A stretch of 62,984 nt of DNA, the filler included, from Lenisia limosa (taxonomy: Eukaryota; Protista; Breviatea), in NCBI GenBank assembly GCA_001655205.1. It is 11 parts of 11 records of this genome, joined end to end, with 100 filler letters (N's around TTAATTAATTAA, not from the genome) between each part and the next. Parts side by side here need not be neighbours in the genome. Positions count along the whole stretch, not along the records: positions 14,407 to 45,696 come from LPNZ01002256.1; 10 more parts are not named here. One strand, 5' to 3'. The notes below the pieces were generated by a model, which saw only the letters and a program-made list of their open reading frames with translations, ran no database searches and was not told the DNA's origin. The position numbers and the translations under genes are program-made. Shown here one piece after another: positions 24,901-37,964 of this stretch; position 1 is the first letter of the stretch; every line of letters begins with the position of its first letter.

Positions 24901-27900
24901 ACTTACAAAAACGAAGTGAATCATGACAAAACATTACCAAACAATTGTCAAAAATTCAAAAACCAACATCATTTTCATCACCCTGGTAGCGGTTGACAGT
25001 AGACACGACAATCTACATCATTATTTTGGCGATAATTTTTTTTTATTAAAACAGCTCCAAATCTAGAAGTGAAGGATTTTGGATGCTAATCAACAAATTT
25101 TGAAGGTTTGTTTGTTAGACCTTCTAACAAGGATTTAAGTTCAGTTATAAACTTGTAGGATTATGATATGATATATTATGAACATACAATACATGTATTA
25201 CGTATATGATATACTCTACATATATTGCAGAACCGTCTCACATCAGAAGCACCTGCAATGCCTTTTCTTGAGAGTTCATTAGAGACACAATCGGCCTACA
25301 AGGAAACGTGAAATGTTGCTATTTTATTAAAATTTGGTCAAGTTGTTACGTACTTTAAGCGTAAAATAGTTTTTATTTTTGTATAACTTTGATAAAGTTG
25401 TTACATTCATTGACGTGAAAAAGGGTAATCGATAAAATAGTTATGATGAGTGCATTTTTGTTTAATATAATATCAAAATAAACGTATTTTTTGTTAATTA
25501 TAAATAGTTAGAGGAATTGCTGATACGCTTCATGTTTTTATACATAAACACGTCTCCATCGAATAAGGAATGAATAAAGGTATTTCAGTACATATATTTT
25601 TAATATGCTAAGAGAGTACCCCTATCATGAATTTAAATTGATGATAGTTACAATTGAGACCGTAATATGTATTACATTACACAACTTTTTACAAAATTAA
25701 CTAATGAGTTAAATCCAATCTTGGAATAACTAAATATATTTGATCTTAGCGTGAGTTAAAATATCATAGAAATTGTGCTGATCTTGTTTTTACAATCATG
25801 TTGACATCATGTATGTCAATTTCTTGGTTACAAAATATGTTAACAAAATTTTCAAAGTGTCAATATGAGCATATGGCTTAATTCTGACCTGAGCTTTGTA
25901 AGTACATAGAATTGTAATCTTCTTGAAGTCAATTTGCTCTTTTCGATGAAGGAAAATGGCAATTTCAGACGACATTTGCGCTTCAAACCTTGAAACATCA
26001 AACGCTTACAGTTGAGCATTTTAGATAAATAAAATGGCGATGAAAAATATTCAAAGCTGTTTCACCAATCGTGACTAACATGTTGTACTTTGAAGTTTCC
26101 TTGTTTGTCTCCTTATGGGAATGGTCAAAGAAAGCGATTCCGTTGTACCCAATTGACTTCATTGGTTTGATATGGCGAAGCTGAAAAAGTAAAATTGGCA
26201 AATATTGAAGCAGAATTCAAGTGAAAACTAAAATGGGAAATTTCACATCTCCAACTTTCCCATAAAATCTGTATTCTTGATCGAGTCCCCTCCTCAGTTT
26301 TGTTAGCTTGCCAAAGTGGCATACTGCCATCACTTTATCAATCATAATGCTAGAAAGAGTATTATCAGTATAAGGGATCATACTCTTTCCATGTTATCCT
26401 CCAATTCTGGGTAGATGTACTTAGCGAGTCGCGAAATCGCAGGAATCATCCGAGCTTGTCTCTAGAGGTGTTGAAACAAATGTGGAGGAGAAACATCATC
26501 CCTTAATACTCCCAGAGATGCGCCGATGGTAACATTTCTCCTTTTTGAGAAAAATAAAACAAATTCTTTAAGGTGTGATGCATCTATCAATGAATTAAAT
26601 ATATTACAGTATTTGTAACATTTATCGAATGTAATATTTGCTATTTTGTTTCCAATTAAATTACCTTAAGTGAGGTGAATCCGGGATAGTTGTTGGTGAC
26701 AAGGCGCTCAAGAAGCGATACATCCAGATGGTAGTCTGTTTCAGAAAATTAGTAGCAGATATAGCACCACCATGTAATACTTATATCGCAGAAAAAGACA
26801 TTTTGACTTTCCAAAAAAAAAATAGATTATCCGAAATGTATTACTCTAATTTGACAATACTTTAGGTTTTCAAGTGAATTTTTGAACAAGTACAACACCA
26901 GGTCTAAGTTAAACCTTTACGTTGTTGACAGTCCAAAATATACCTCCCTCCAACAATACCATTTCCCCCAAGTAACCCTATATATATCACCTTGAACAAG
27001 GGCAACCAGGACACTACCCCTTTCCCCCACCTTTTTCGAGAGCGTGGACATTCACACTTCCACGGAGCTAAGTAGTAAGTATAATATAAAACCACCTAAT
27101 GTTAGTCAAAAAATAACAGTGTTTTTAAAATTTTGTTTGCATACCTGTTTATGATCTCCAATCATAACTAATCGCTCAATTCTAGAAAGTGGTCAAATAT
27201 AATAGTTTGGAATGAACAGAAGTTTCAAGAAAATTCTAAATAACGTTGTAATAAAGTGTAATATTCAACAATCTTTAATGGTAGATTTCATATGCGCATA
27301 ATGTACAAGAGTGATGGAGCATATCTCACGTGGGAGACAGCATAGCGGCAAGTAGTGGTTCCAGAATCTCTCCAGCCTCTTCGACAACTAGAGCTCGCGG
27401 CTTCATGGTGCGTAGCAGTCCCTGATTCTTATTAGAATAGTTGTTTTTATTTATTAATTGCGAGTAGCATAACAAATAATATCATCTCTCCTTGGTTTCA
27501 TTAGGGCCACATACACATATCAATATATGATTAGTATATCACATACTGTATTTGTATATATCCTGCTCTAAATCCTAAATACCAAGCAAATTTGCAGCGA
27601 CAAAAAGGTTTTTCAAGGCACGTGTATTTAAACAAAGATAAATAATAGAAATCACTAAATTTTACAAATTACTTCCCCGACAATTCAAGTCACATGTTTT
27701 GGTATATTCTTCCATCTTCACATTTAGATAATTATTTTAACTAAAGACAACAAAGAACAGTCTTATGGTATATAATATATCCCCTTAGATGCAATAAAGT
27801 AATGGAAATAAAACTTATCCTTAGTCTCGCTGTTGTAATAGCTCACTAACAGCTGATGAAAAAGCTCTCACAATTTAAATGGAATGATCAGGAAATCGTA

Positions 27901-30900
27901 CTTTCAGGTTGTCAAAGAGGAGCAAAGCATGTTCTACGCAGGACTTTACTATATTCCAGAAATTGATTGAATTTTCCACACAACATCGACACTTGTCAAT
28001 CATATATGTACCGGAGTGAAACCGTTACCTTACCGAATGTATCGAACCTCCAGTCACAGTAAAGGCAACAATATCAGCATTTTTCAAAATCTATAACCGT
28101 GTCAAAATATTAATAATGATCTACAATATCGAAAAGTTCGACGTTATGATAATAACATGTACTAAGAGAGAAATCACAAAATATCTGGCTGAAGCTGTAC
28201 AAAGTCAATTCCTTGGTATCCATACGTGGGCTTGCATTGACATCTTGGCTTCCTTCAAACAAGAACCCTCCTTCTTTGCTTCGAGGAGAATCTAAAATGG
28301 CATTAAAAGAACAGTTAGGGAAATAAAAAATCAATTACAAAAGCCTACGTTTTGCAAATTCTGATGGGCTCTTTCGATAGCTTTGTGTGACCAGTACCGC
28401 AGAACCTGAAGGTGAACAACATTCATAATTATGTTGTCTCTAATTAAGCTTCTCTGCGTCCCAACACTACATAATATGTATAAAAGAATTGTCTTGAAAC
28501 ATCCACCTGTTGTCTTTTGAGCTTGTCATCTCCGATTTTACTGATATCAGGCTGCTCGGCAAGGAACACAATGTCCTCAGTGAGATCAGGGATTTTGGCT
28601 TAATATGTGAACTTCATATAAGATTAATATTTAAGTAGTTGTAAGTTGCAAAAAAATTGAAGCAATCATTCGAAATGAAATCCCACATGAGACCACAATA
28701 AATATTAAAAACTATTCCTGTTTCATCAATAATACGAACCGTGAATGGCTCGAAGTTTGATATCCTTGTCAGTAAGGCTTTCAAACGTATTAGCAACATC
28801 ACGTTGGCGCTCAGAGGCCTCTTTCCTGAAAAAATATTAGCTTTGAAAGATTGCATCATTATAATTTTATGTTCCAAGCATGGTTTGCATCCTACATTCT
28901 CTCAAGTTCGTATTCAGTAGATTTAACGGCAACTCTCTTTGAAGTGCGTTTCTTTTCGGTTCTATAGCTAAAAAGTGAACTAAAAGAGTCGATTCTGAAA
29001 TACAGGAAAACAGCATCATATATTTCAAAGTTCAATATTCAGTTAAAATAACTATAAATATATTTCATATACCCAATAATATGTTAGGCTTCACTTCGGC
29101 CGTATAGGGACTATATTTCTTGATAAACATTGATAAATATTGATATTTACCGTTCTATTTCGGACTGAAGTGAAGGACCAATACCAACCCACACGCTCGC
29201 AGAGACGCCAGCCCAATGGCGCACCGCATTTTCCAAGGTCTGTCTAATTACAAACACGAACCTAAAGAAGAAATAACTCGACAATTTCCCGATTCCAAGG
29301 TTGAAAAACATCACAATCACAAAATACATCTTGGAGGAAAGTGATCGCTCACTTTGCAATTTCACAGGCCATGGTAAAACATTCCATTTCTGTTTGGTGG
29401 CTTCGGCGCTTCTAAATTGTAATACAAATATTTGATCAAACAGTTGGACGGACACTAATTTTTAGATATAATAATACACTCAAACCTGAAGGAAGAACTC
29501 TTTGAGATCGGCAATACAGTTCAAGGAACCAGGGTTACGGGCCTATATTGTAATTGTTTCAAAACCTCTGCATGGGTTGCAAAAAATGCTATTGGATAGC
29601 GTTTTCTGGTTGTCAATTCATCAAAATTTCAGATGCCACTGAGCTAGCAAAACCTACATCAAGTTTGTTGATTTGTTCCTGGGTTACCGTGCAAAGAGAT
29701 GGATACTGTAGAATAAGTATAAGGTGATTAACGGAATTCAATTGTCAATCTCACCAGCAAAAGAATAATACGCAAGATATGATGTTAAGCAAAATTTTAG
29801 AAGATATATTGTGTTAAACATTTGTCTTACCATAATAATCTGCTTCATGAAACGTTCGATATTGATAATGCTGCTGTATTCTTGTACCTAAGATAGAAGG
29901 TGAGACAATAGTCCATTAAATTTATGATATCATATATAATATATGTAATATGTTGATCTTAGTAACTCTTGACAATAATCAGATGTCTGTTTTGGTACCT
30001 TTTTGGAATTCTTGCACTCTTTAGTTTTTGAGTAGTACCCCATGAGCCCTTGGATCTGGAATGTTGTCATTGTTTTGAAAAAAAAGGTTATGTTCAAATA
30101 ATATACAAATAGATTGTGAATAACATACAGATATCATGAAAGCAATAAAAAGATAATTTATCATAGATATGTGCAACAATGTTTTGTATAATGATAATGT
30201 AATTAAAATTTGCATTGTTCAAGACAAAGGAATCTGAGCGATGGTGCATTTTTATTTAACTTATGAGAAACCCCTAACTTGTTCATTGGAGCATCCGAGA
30301 AAAACTGTAACAGCTGTGGCGGTATCAGGTTCGCCATTTCCAGCCATTGTCAGCATTTCTGCACAGTCAAGCAAGATTTTTGGGTTCTAATATTGTTTTA
30401 TCCAGTTATGGCGTAGTTCACCAATCTTACCAATAAAGCCTCTGCAGTTATCGGTGATTTCTTTGAGATTTTTCTTCGCAGTAAAATAAGCCTCACAGGC
30501 TGGATCTCTATACTTGTCATGAAACAAACATATTTCAAATTTCTAGACAGAATTGAAACAATCTTTGATGGAGTCCAATAATATCATATTATGATAAATG
30601 TATCTCTCAATAATCTTATATTATTGAAATAGCAATTGCCTGATATATCAGGTCCTACCTTTTTTCAATCAGTTTACTCTCATGAGCTTTTAGGGTAAAC
30701 TTCTCAGAAGCCTCATCTTCAGCTCTTAAAGGTGAACTTATTTTCTTTGAAATTTTCAATAGAGCATATCTGCGATGTATTTATACATCATATCGATCAT
30801 CTTATAATCTATTGGCAAATTCTTAAAAATAAGCAAAAATTATCTGTTTACAAAGGTACAAACAAATCAAATGACGACATACTTTCCACCAATTCGAACA

Positions 30901-33900
30901 ATCTTCTGAGTGAACCACTGAATATCCTTCAAAAATTCATCAAGCGCATGGTTCTTGTAAGTTGTTACCACTATAGGTCCAACTGAAATCGTTAAATCAA
31001 TATTCTACTAAGTTGCTATTTCCTTTGACATATTGGTAGATATTCCCTACGGTTCGAAAAAGACTAGTAAAATATGAACATTTATCAAGGATTTATCATG
31101 CAATTATGTATTTTTGGGACCTTAGGGAAGTTTAAAATGTTGAAATATGAAACGCAAACCCCATGTTTAGTCGAAAATTAATATCACAGTATGCTCTGAC
31201 TCCCATCTCTTAACAAAAGTATCAGAATATAAATATCGATGATTTATAGAAATGCAGTTATTTTTAAATCGGGTTGAAGTCTTACTCACATCCATTAGCG
31301 AGAAGGTCGAGAGCAATGCGGACGCCAAGATAAGACTTTCCCGTCCCGGGTGGCCCTTGAATACAAGACAGTGCTACACCATTAATCGTTTCAATAGATC
31401 AAAAACCGGGCACTATTACAAATGAAAATTCCAAACAATAATATTCGATTCCTAAACAAATTAACAATATCTGTGATGTAGAGATTTGGACATGTATTTA
31501 GAAGTGAAATTACAAGAAGGCTGTTGCAACGATGGATCTAATATGATGCCGTTTGAAAATGTCCTACAATATTCTCGCTGTAACACAAAAGCTTCTTGTT
31601 GACTTGGGTCGAGGCTTTCAATCGCCTTAAGTTGTGTTAAAGGTACGGGGATATATGATATACGGATCGAAGTGAAACCTTATGGTAAGGGGTTATCTGG
31701 TGTAATAAGTAGCCAACTTTTTCAACAGTTTCATGTGTAATAGCAGAATGTCGTGGCTCAAAGCAAGGAGATGCATATGATGGCACAGTAGGATCCAACT
31801 GCAAGTAATGAAACCTCAATTTACACGTCATATTAAAGCAATATCAGATCAAACGGACAGTTATTATAATGGATTAGTGAACATACAATTGTGTTTTGGA
31901 ACGGGAGCTCTTTTGTATGTTTGATAATCTTCATAGCCTAAAGAAATAAAGCGTTTCCATACAATGGGATTTTGTGAGGGAATAATTATAAATATGGGGT
32001 TTTCAGTGACTATGAGCATATTGTACGTTCTGCTAACTACTCAAGTGAAATGTTTCAAAAAAGATGAACTCTTCTCAATACTCTCGCCAACAGGATTGGT
32101 GGCTGAATAGAAGACAGGGCTTTCCAGAGCCACAGCGAAACCGCTCCATGTGTACAGATTTTCAATGCACTTGATAAGCCAATTGTCGTCACTAATTGAT
32201 AATTATTAAATAACAAATGCATTACTTTATTCTTCTCAAAATTGCCGCCAGACATCATGTTCACAAAAACACCAATATGCCTACTCGAAAACAAAGTCTT
32301 CAGGTGGTCTTTCGAAACTACAGGTTGCAACACTGACATAGGTTTTGTCTTCTTTGTATTGTTCAACTCTTCGAACTTCAAGATACACAACTTCCTTGAA
32401 TGATGAAATGGAATTCAGTAATATCCCTCTAAATGCTATAAGGTCCATCTAAAATATTCTAGTTTATAATATTATGTGTGAGGATACAATTACAAAGATA
32501 ACACACAAATGGCAAACTTGTGTCCCTAGAGATGTAGTATCTCATGAATAAATTGAAACAGAAATCAACAAATAGCGTTATCAAAAAGATTGTGTCTTAT
32601 GATTTGGTCAATTATTGAGATAATTAGATGTATTTTATCACCTATCACCTTGAATAACTCAGTAGCAGCAATACACAGCAGTGAGCCTGTCATGAAGTTG
32701 CAGCCTTTATGTGCTTCAGTTGACCTCAGCTATAACATAATTTTAAAGTAGTTCATATAGATATAGTATAGCTAATTTGTTTCAGAAGTAAGACTTTCTT
32801 TTGAATCTGAAATATTTGCCTCTTGTGCTTTTGATTATTACTATATCTATTTTGAATGATAAATTTAAATCACTTCAACAAAGGCTTAATAATTGCTAAT
32901 AATCCTATACTATATGTACGTATACATGTATAATAGATACGCATTACAGTAGGGCTAGGATAATTATTATTCACAGATAACTGCTTGAATTTTCAAACTA
33001 CAATAATTTGATAACCTATTCCTCTTACCTCAACTTTGACAAGAATATCACCTTGACCCCCAAAGTCAATAGCTGATAGTAAAAAGCAAGAAAAATATGC
33101 GTATTATTTACTAATGAAAACAATTTCAGGAAGTGAAATCTACTCCCACTAACCAACAACTTCAACGTTTTTGTATAAAGTTGGAAGCATGGTATTTTCA
33201 GCAAGTGGACGGCGTAGGCGGATGGAGGAACACACATTGCCTTTAGGAGGTAATATTCAGGGAATATTATTACATAAGGTTTTTTACACAAATCATAGAT
33301 ACCAGAATTAACGCCTTTTCAAATAACTTATTCTTGTATTTATGACAAGCATATAAATATCTCATTCAACAACAGGAATACAATAGTAACACAATATACT
33401 AATGGAGTTAAGTGAAGGCAGAATGAAATACATTTTAACGCCTACTAAGGTTATAGAATGTTTCGCAACGAAGGAGTGTGTAAAACGTCTCCAAATAATG
33501 GGACAAACTATTCCAAGAACCTAAGAGAGGTAATGAAAAACGGGAATGCTCAAGCAAAAGGTCATATAATTTACTGATTGTTTCTTACTAATACAGTTCC
33601 GATCGAAATATTGATAATTCAGTAAGCATTCAATCACCTTAAATAAGTAATGTATCTTGTCAAAGCCGTCATACGGTCCCACTTACAATACGCAAAATAT
33701 ATTCTGCATACATTTCATTTGATATATTAATATACTATAGTTTACAAATATACAGCGACTGTGATAAATCTTGACCGATTTTCAATTTGATTTCCCAAGG
33801 AAAATTGATCAAGACTTATCCTGGTCACTGTATACATCTGCATGCGTTACTGTTGTATCTTTTGCCAAATTACAGTGAGTCATACCGTTTGTGATATTCG

Positions 33901-36640
33901 GCTGCAAGCCTTTGAGAAAAAAGTTTCTCGAATCGATTTCATTGAAAGCCAAACTTGGATCGGGAAGGATTGCTGAAGGCATAACACAAAATAAAATAAA
34001 AAATGGCCAAAAACTGTGTTTTTCAAAATAACAAGTCGATAGTTCATGTTTGATGGGAAAATACAAACGCATTATAATCCAATATCCAAACGTGAAGAGA
34101 TACCACCCATACCCACGGGCGACTGTCCAATAAAGCTCTCTGTTACTTCCGGGAACACGCAGGTAGATCAGAGACAATATACTATATATGAAAGCCTAAG
34201 TATTTAAAAATTTAAGTGTTTCAAAGTAAATACTTTAACATAATACAGAAAGGTGTCCCAGGTTCCAATTTGGATCATACTCCATAACTACCCCATTTCA
34301 TATGATATGTTGTTTTCTGTAGAATTTCACTTTTATTTCCAAAAGACAGCTATAATATCAATATTTATCGACAATTTTTAAAAATAGAGAACCGAAAGGG
34401 ACGCTCTGGTATTGTTAACCAACCTGTTCCGTTGTGGCAAATTTATCTGCTTCTGCCAAATTAGCTGTAAAAGGTCCGAGTGCAGGAGATGTCAGTATAT
34501 TCTTGTTAGCTGGAGGAAGTCGACTAATACGTAAGGGACATAAATTTTTTGTGACTGATACCTTATTTCTTGAAGTGTCTATTACTTATATCAGCAGACA
34601 CACCCCCAATGATAGCAAGGCACACAACATCTTTAATGCACTGAGTTCGAAGTGAAAATTCAACATATAATATTATATACTGTATGATTTGGTAAATATA
34701 TTGCAAACATAATATACGTTATTCAATTGCTTGAAACCAAGAGTTTTATTGCGTTCATGTGTCCCATTGCTCTTCACTCTTGTATAGACCGGTGAAATAT
34801 CGATATTTAACGATATTTATCGACAATTTATCGAGAAATCCAATCATTTTATAAAACCAGAGTGAAGCTGTAATACCACATTACTAATCAACACCCACTT
34901 TATTTGCAGTGTAACAGCTTCCATGATGAGTTGAGACATAGATGGCAGAATGTGAGGTGAAGCTGTGACCAAAGTCGTCAGCAGCTTTGGGAAACTCTGG
35001 AATTTCATCTGAATGTTTTAGTTGTTAAAATGACTACACCAAGACAACGAAGCAGTTTTGATTAGCTCAGCTTACAATTGAATTGCCGATAAGAGAGTTC
35101 CAATCCACAGCAATTTGCTGCACTAACTTCTTCAAGGCAGTATACTTCATAAGGCTTGTAAGTCCGGATAAAATTGTGTTAAGAGCCCTGAAATGTGTAT
35201 TAAACTGAATGAATACAAGGAGAGGTTCTTGATAATAGAGTTAGTCATACTCGATAAAAGGAAGTAGCGCCTTTACTGCTTTTGTCTTGATTTCATTTGT
35301 CCTAATAAGTCATTCAAATTTAACGAGACAAGAGCTAAATGTGAGAATTAATAACGAGTAACCCGTTAGCTTCAAAAATTGCTGTGATAAGAATAGAATA
35401 TGTGTAGCTCACATCTAATTTATTTAGATGCCGCGTGATTTCTTATTATTTTACATGGAATACCGTGGCTTGTATTGTTATTAGAGGAACATACATGATT
35501 TGGGTAAATGAGAGATTGAACCAGTTGGCAATTAGAATGGTGTTGTTGACGATGAAATCTGCGCCATAGAGCTGGTCTGAACAGTCAAGGAATACGAAAT
35601 CAAAGTTTAAATCAAGCTCAAGTGTCTCCGTGCATAATTTTTATTACAAAAAATATATTAAAGTGCCAATTACACTTAGATAGAATGTCATAATACAGCA
35701 AACCCACCAACCAGAAATCTCGGCAGTAGGCTGAAGCAGTTTGAGCCAGTGATCTGAACAAACTGCAGCAAGTCTTTCACGGCATTGCTTATTGAATCCA
35801 GTGATCTCAGCATGCCGGATTTTTGAGTTTTGAGTCTTAAAGTTTAATGAGCAAATATTATAATGAAAAAAAATGTAATGCGTACCCAGCATCTCCATTT
35901 TCAAGAGATCTAGAAATTAAGCTTATCCCAACGTTGAGTTTATTTTTGGTTAGATAGTGGAAGTATGGATAAAAAAGTGTTGTGTAAGTTTTTGGGACCG
36001 AAAGTGAAGCTCTTCAAAGGAGATTGGTCTTATAGTGCGAACAGTATATCAAAGCTCACAGATTCCGAATTGGGATCATCCTGCCCTCTTTTCAAATAAC
36101 CTTCAATCTAAAATAGATAAAACAAGGCTAAATATCAATGTCATTCCAACAAGACAAATTTGAAACTCATCTTCTTCCACTCACTTTCCATCCTGTTTCA
36201 GGGACGAGAGGAAGCTTCTTGAGTAGCCTTTCACTCCAACCAGCAAACTAAATAATCACAGCCAAAGGTTTGTTCTAATATTCCTTTAGTGTTTTTGATA
36301 ACCTCTTATTAAATGAATTATTTCAAAAGAAAACTAAAGTAGAACCATAAGCTAATGATATTCGAAGCTCGAACCTATGAAGATGCGTATAATGTTCAGT
36401 AAATAGCATTATCTGTAAGTAGATCTTTACTTTTGATTCAAAAAGACAGAGTTTTCGATAAATCATCGATAAATATCGATATCTTGTCAGTCTTTGAAAC
36501 CAAAAGTGAAGCTCTAAGCTGAAAGGAGCCTCCTACACCATCAGGATAGAGTCGTGGTTTGCCAATGTCTTCTCCAGGAATCCAGACAATGCATGTATTT
36601 GAGTCCATGACCTTGTCGATTTGACCCACAACGCGACCCT
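17984..36640 (-). CDS. ZNFX1-like UPF1-type SF1 RNA helicase with NF-X1-type zinc fingers, apparently fused to two tandem PARP catalytic domains; start may lie up to ~37755
   Basis: Ordered ZNFX1-type motifs: LQPNITNG|SWNSLSHYLETFYTLLRCE; LSCIQGPPGTGKSYLGVRIA (Walker A 31356-31336); PIVVTTYKNHALDEFLKDI; NADIVAFTVTGG; ALVVEEAGEILEP; RLVMIGDHKQ|LRG; LDVSLLERL; RQARM; ITILCTYKAQ; STVNRYQGDEND|IVILSTVRNN; CVSLTRARRGLIIMGN; LRCPKHP. Cys/His fingers follow (CDGQLKCRHSCPSKCHSGPC; CDHKCDWQCHSGICPP; CENKLDCGHPCTNLCGDSC), then two PARP domains and ILPKYLIKF*. Helicase-to-PARP continuity is inferred from phase-compatible exons at 22850-21870. Confidence 0.8.
20085..21950 (-). CDS. PARP catalytic domain 1 (H-Y-E triad intact), within the ZNFX1-like gene
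   Basis: IEVKAVYKLENSNIQKKY...VEVYHGTKNEG|VVNKITQEGFK...SNMFGQGVYLATDPSKSAQ...GHILVCD|LNPGRT...NKGVAN|LQNSEYVCYDARLVRPKYLVKF. Confidence 0.88.
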
Positions 36641-37964
36641 AGAAAGAGGTAATAAACATATTTAGTTTAATGTTTTCCCCAAAAAGCATTAAAATCGTTG
36701 GGAAACTGGGTAAAATATTGATTATGAAGTGTTGGTTGATAGCTTCGGCCATATACTTCCTAGTATTTAAAAACACCGTCAATCCCGTAATCATCATGGC
36801 CCACCATCTTTATCTTCTTTCAGTATTTATATTGGAAATCAGACTTTAATTGCGCTTATTGTTGAGTAGTAAGCATTAAACTGGAAGGAGATGTGGGAGA
36901 GTGGAGGACACGGGAGTTAGAGTTGGATACACAGAACACAAAGAACAAGCTGAGTTGATGCTGTAGTATTGGAATGTAGTTGTTGTGTCATACAATAGAA
37001 GATAGGAGGCTTAAAGAGAAAGCGGCAAATCAAAAGTGGATCTGTATCGATAAAAGTCGAAATAATTCGATATAAATATCATATTTAAACGGTCTTTTTG
37101 AGCCCGATTCAAGCATGAATTAAGAAGAACATTCAAGAAAAACACAAAATAATAGAAAGACCTAAGCATTGTGGCGTGATTAAACCAATAAGTGCTTTCT
37201 TCAGGTGAGAATGACAACAGCGTAAATTTGTTGCCACATGGTTGTTAGTTATATCCCTAACCCTTCCACAAGGAAGTTTTGTGTAGTGATAGATATACTT
37301 GTGATAGCATGCGCAAAATGTGAAACAACATTCATACTCGTCAGTATGGGTTTCGGTTTATCGAAAAGCACTGGTCGGAAGGTGGCCTGGTAGAGTCTTT
37401 ATGGCCTTACTGGGTGTTATAGCCGGCCGTACAATCTTGCATATACTTATATCCGAGGCTTTAATCATAACATGCATTCATTTCCAGTCTTTTCAGGATC
37501 TTTCCAACAGATCTCGATCTTTGTTTGTACCGGGAACTTAGCGGGAAACATTATACATATTTTCTTCATCAATCCTCTTCTTTCTCTGTTGTTTTTTTTT
37601 TTTTTTTTTNNNNNNNNNNNNNNNNNNNNNNNNNNNNNNNNNNNNNNNNNNNNNNNNNNNNNNNNNNNNNNNNNNNNNNNNNNNNNNNNNNNNNNNNNNN
37701 NCTTATAGTCCTGATGTAATGGACCGCTTCGGATAGATACAACCTTATATTTCATTGCTACGTCTTATCTCACCGCTAATTGCTTTACCTCCTTCCCACC
37801 AACCACACACCCCACTTTATTCCCAACCGTATTCAACAAAACCTTGTAAAACTTTTTTTTTCTAGTTCATGAAATTATGTGTGAGTATATAACGCACAAA
37901 TGGCAAACTTGTGCTCACTAAAAGATGAGCTTGTTTTGTTATTTACTATCTCAGGTTTACGCCA

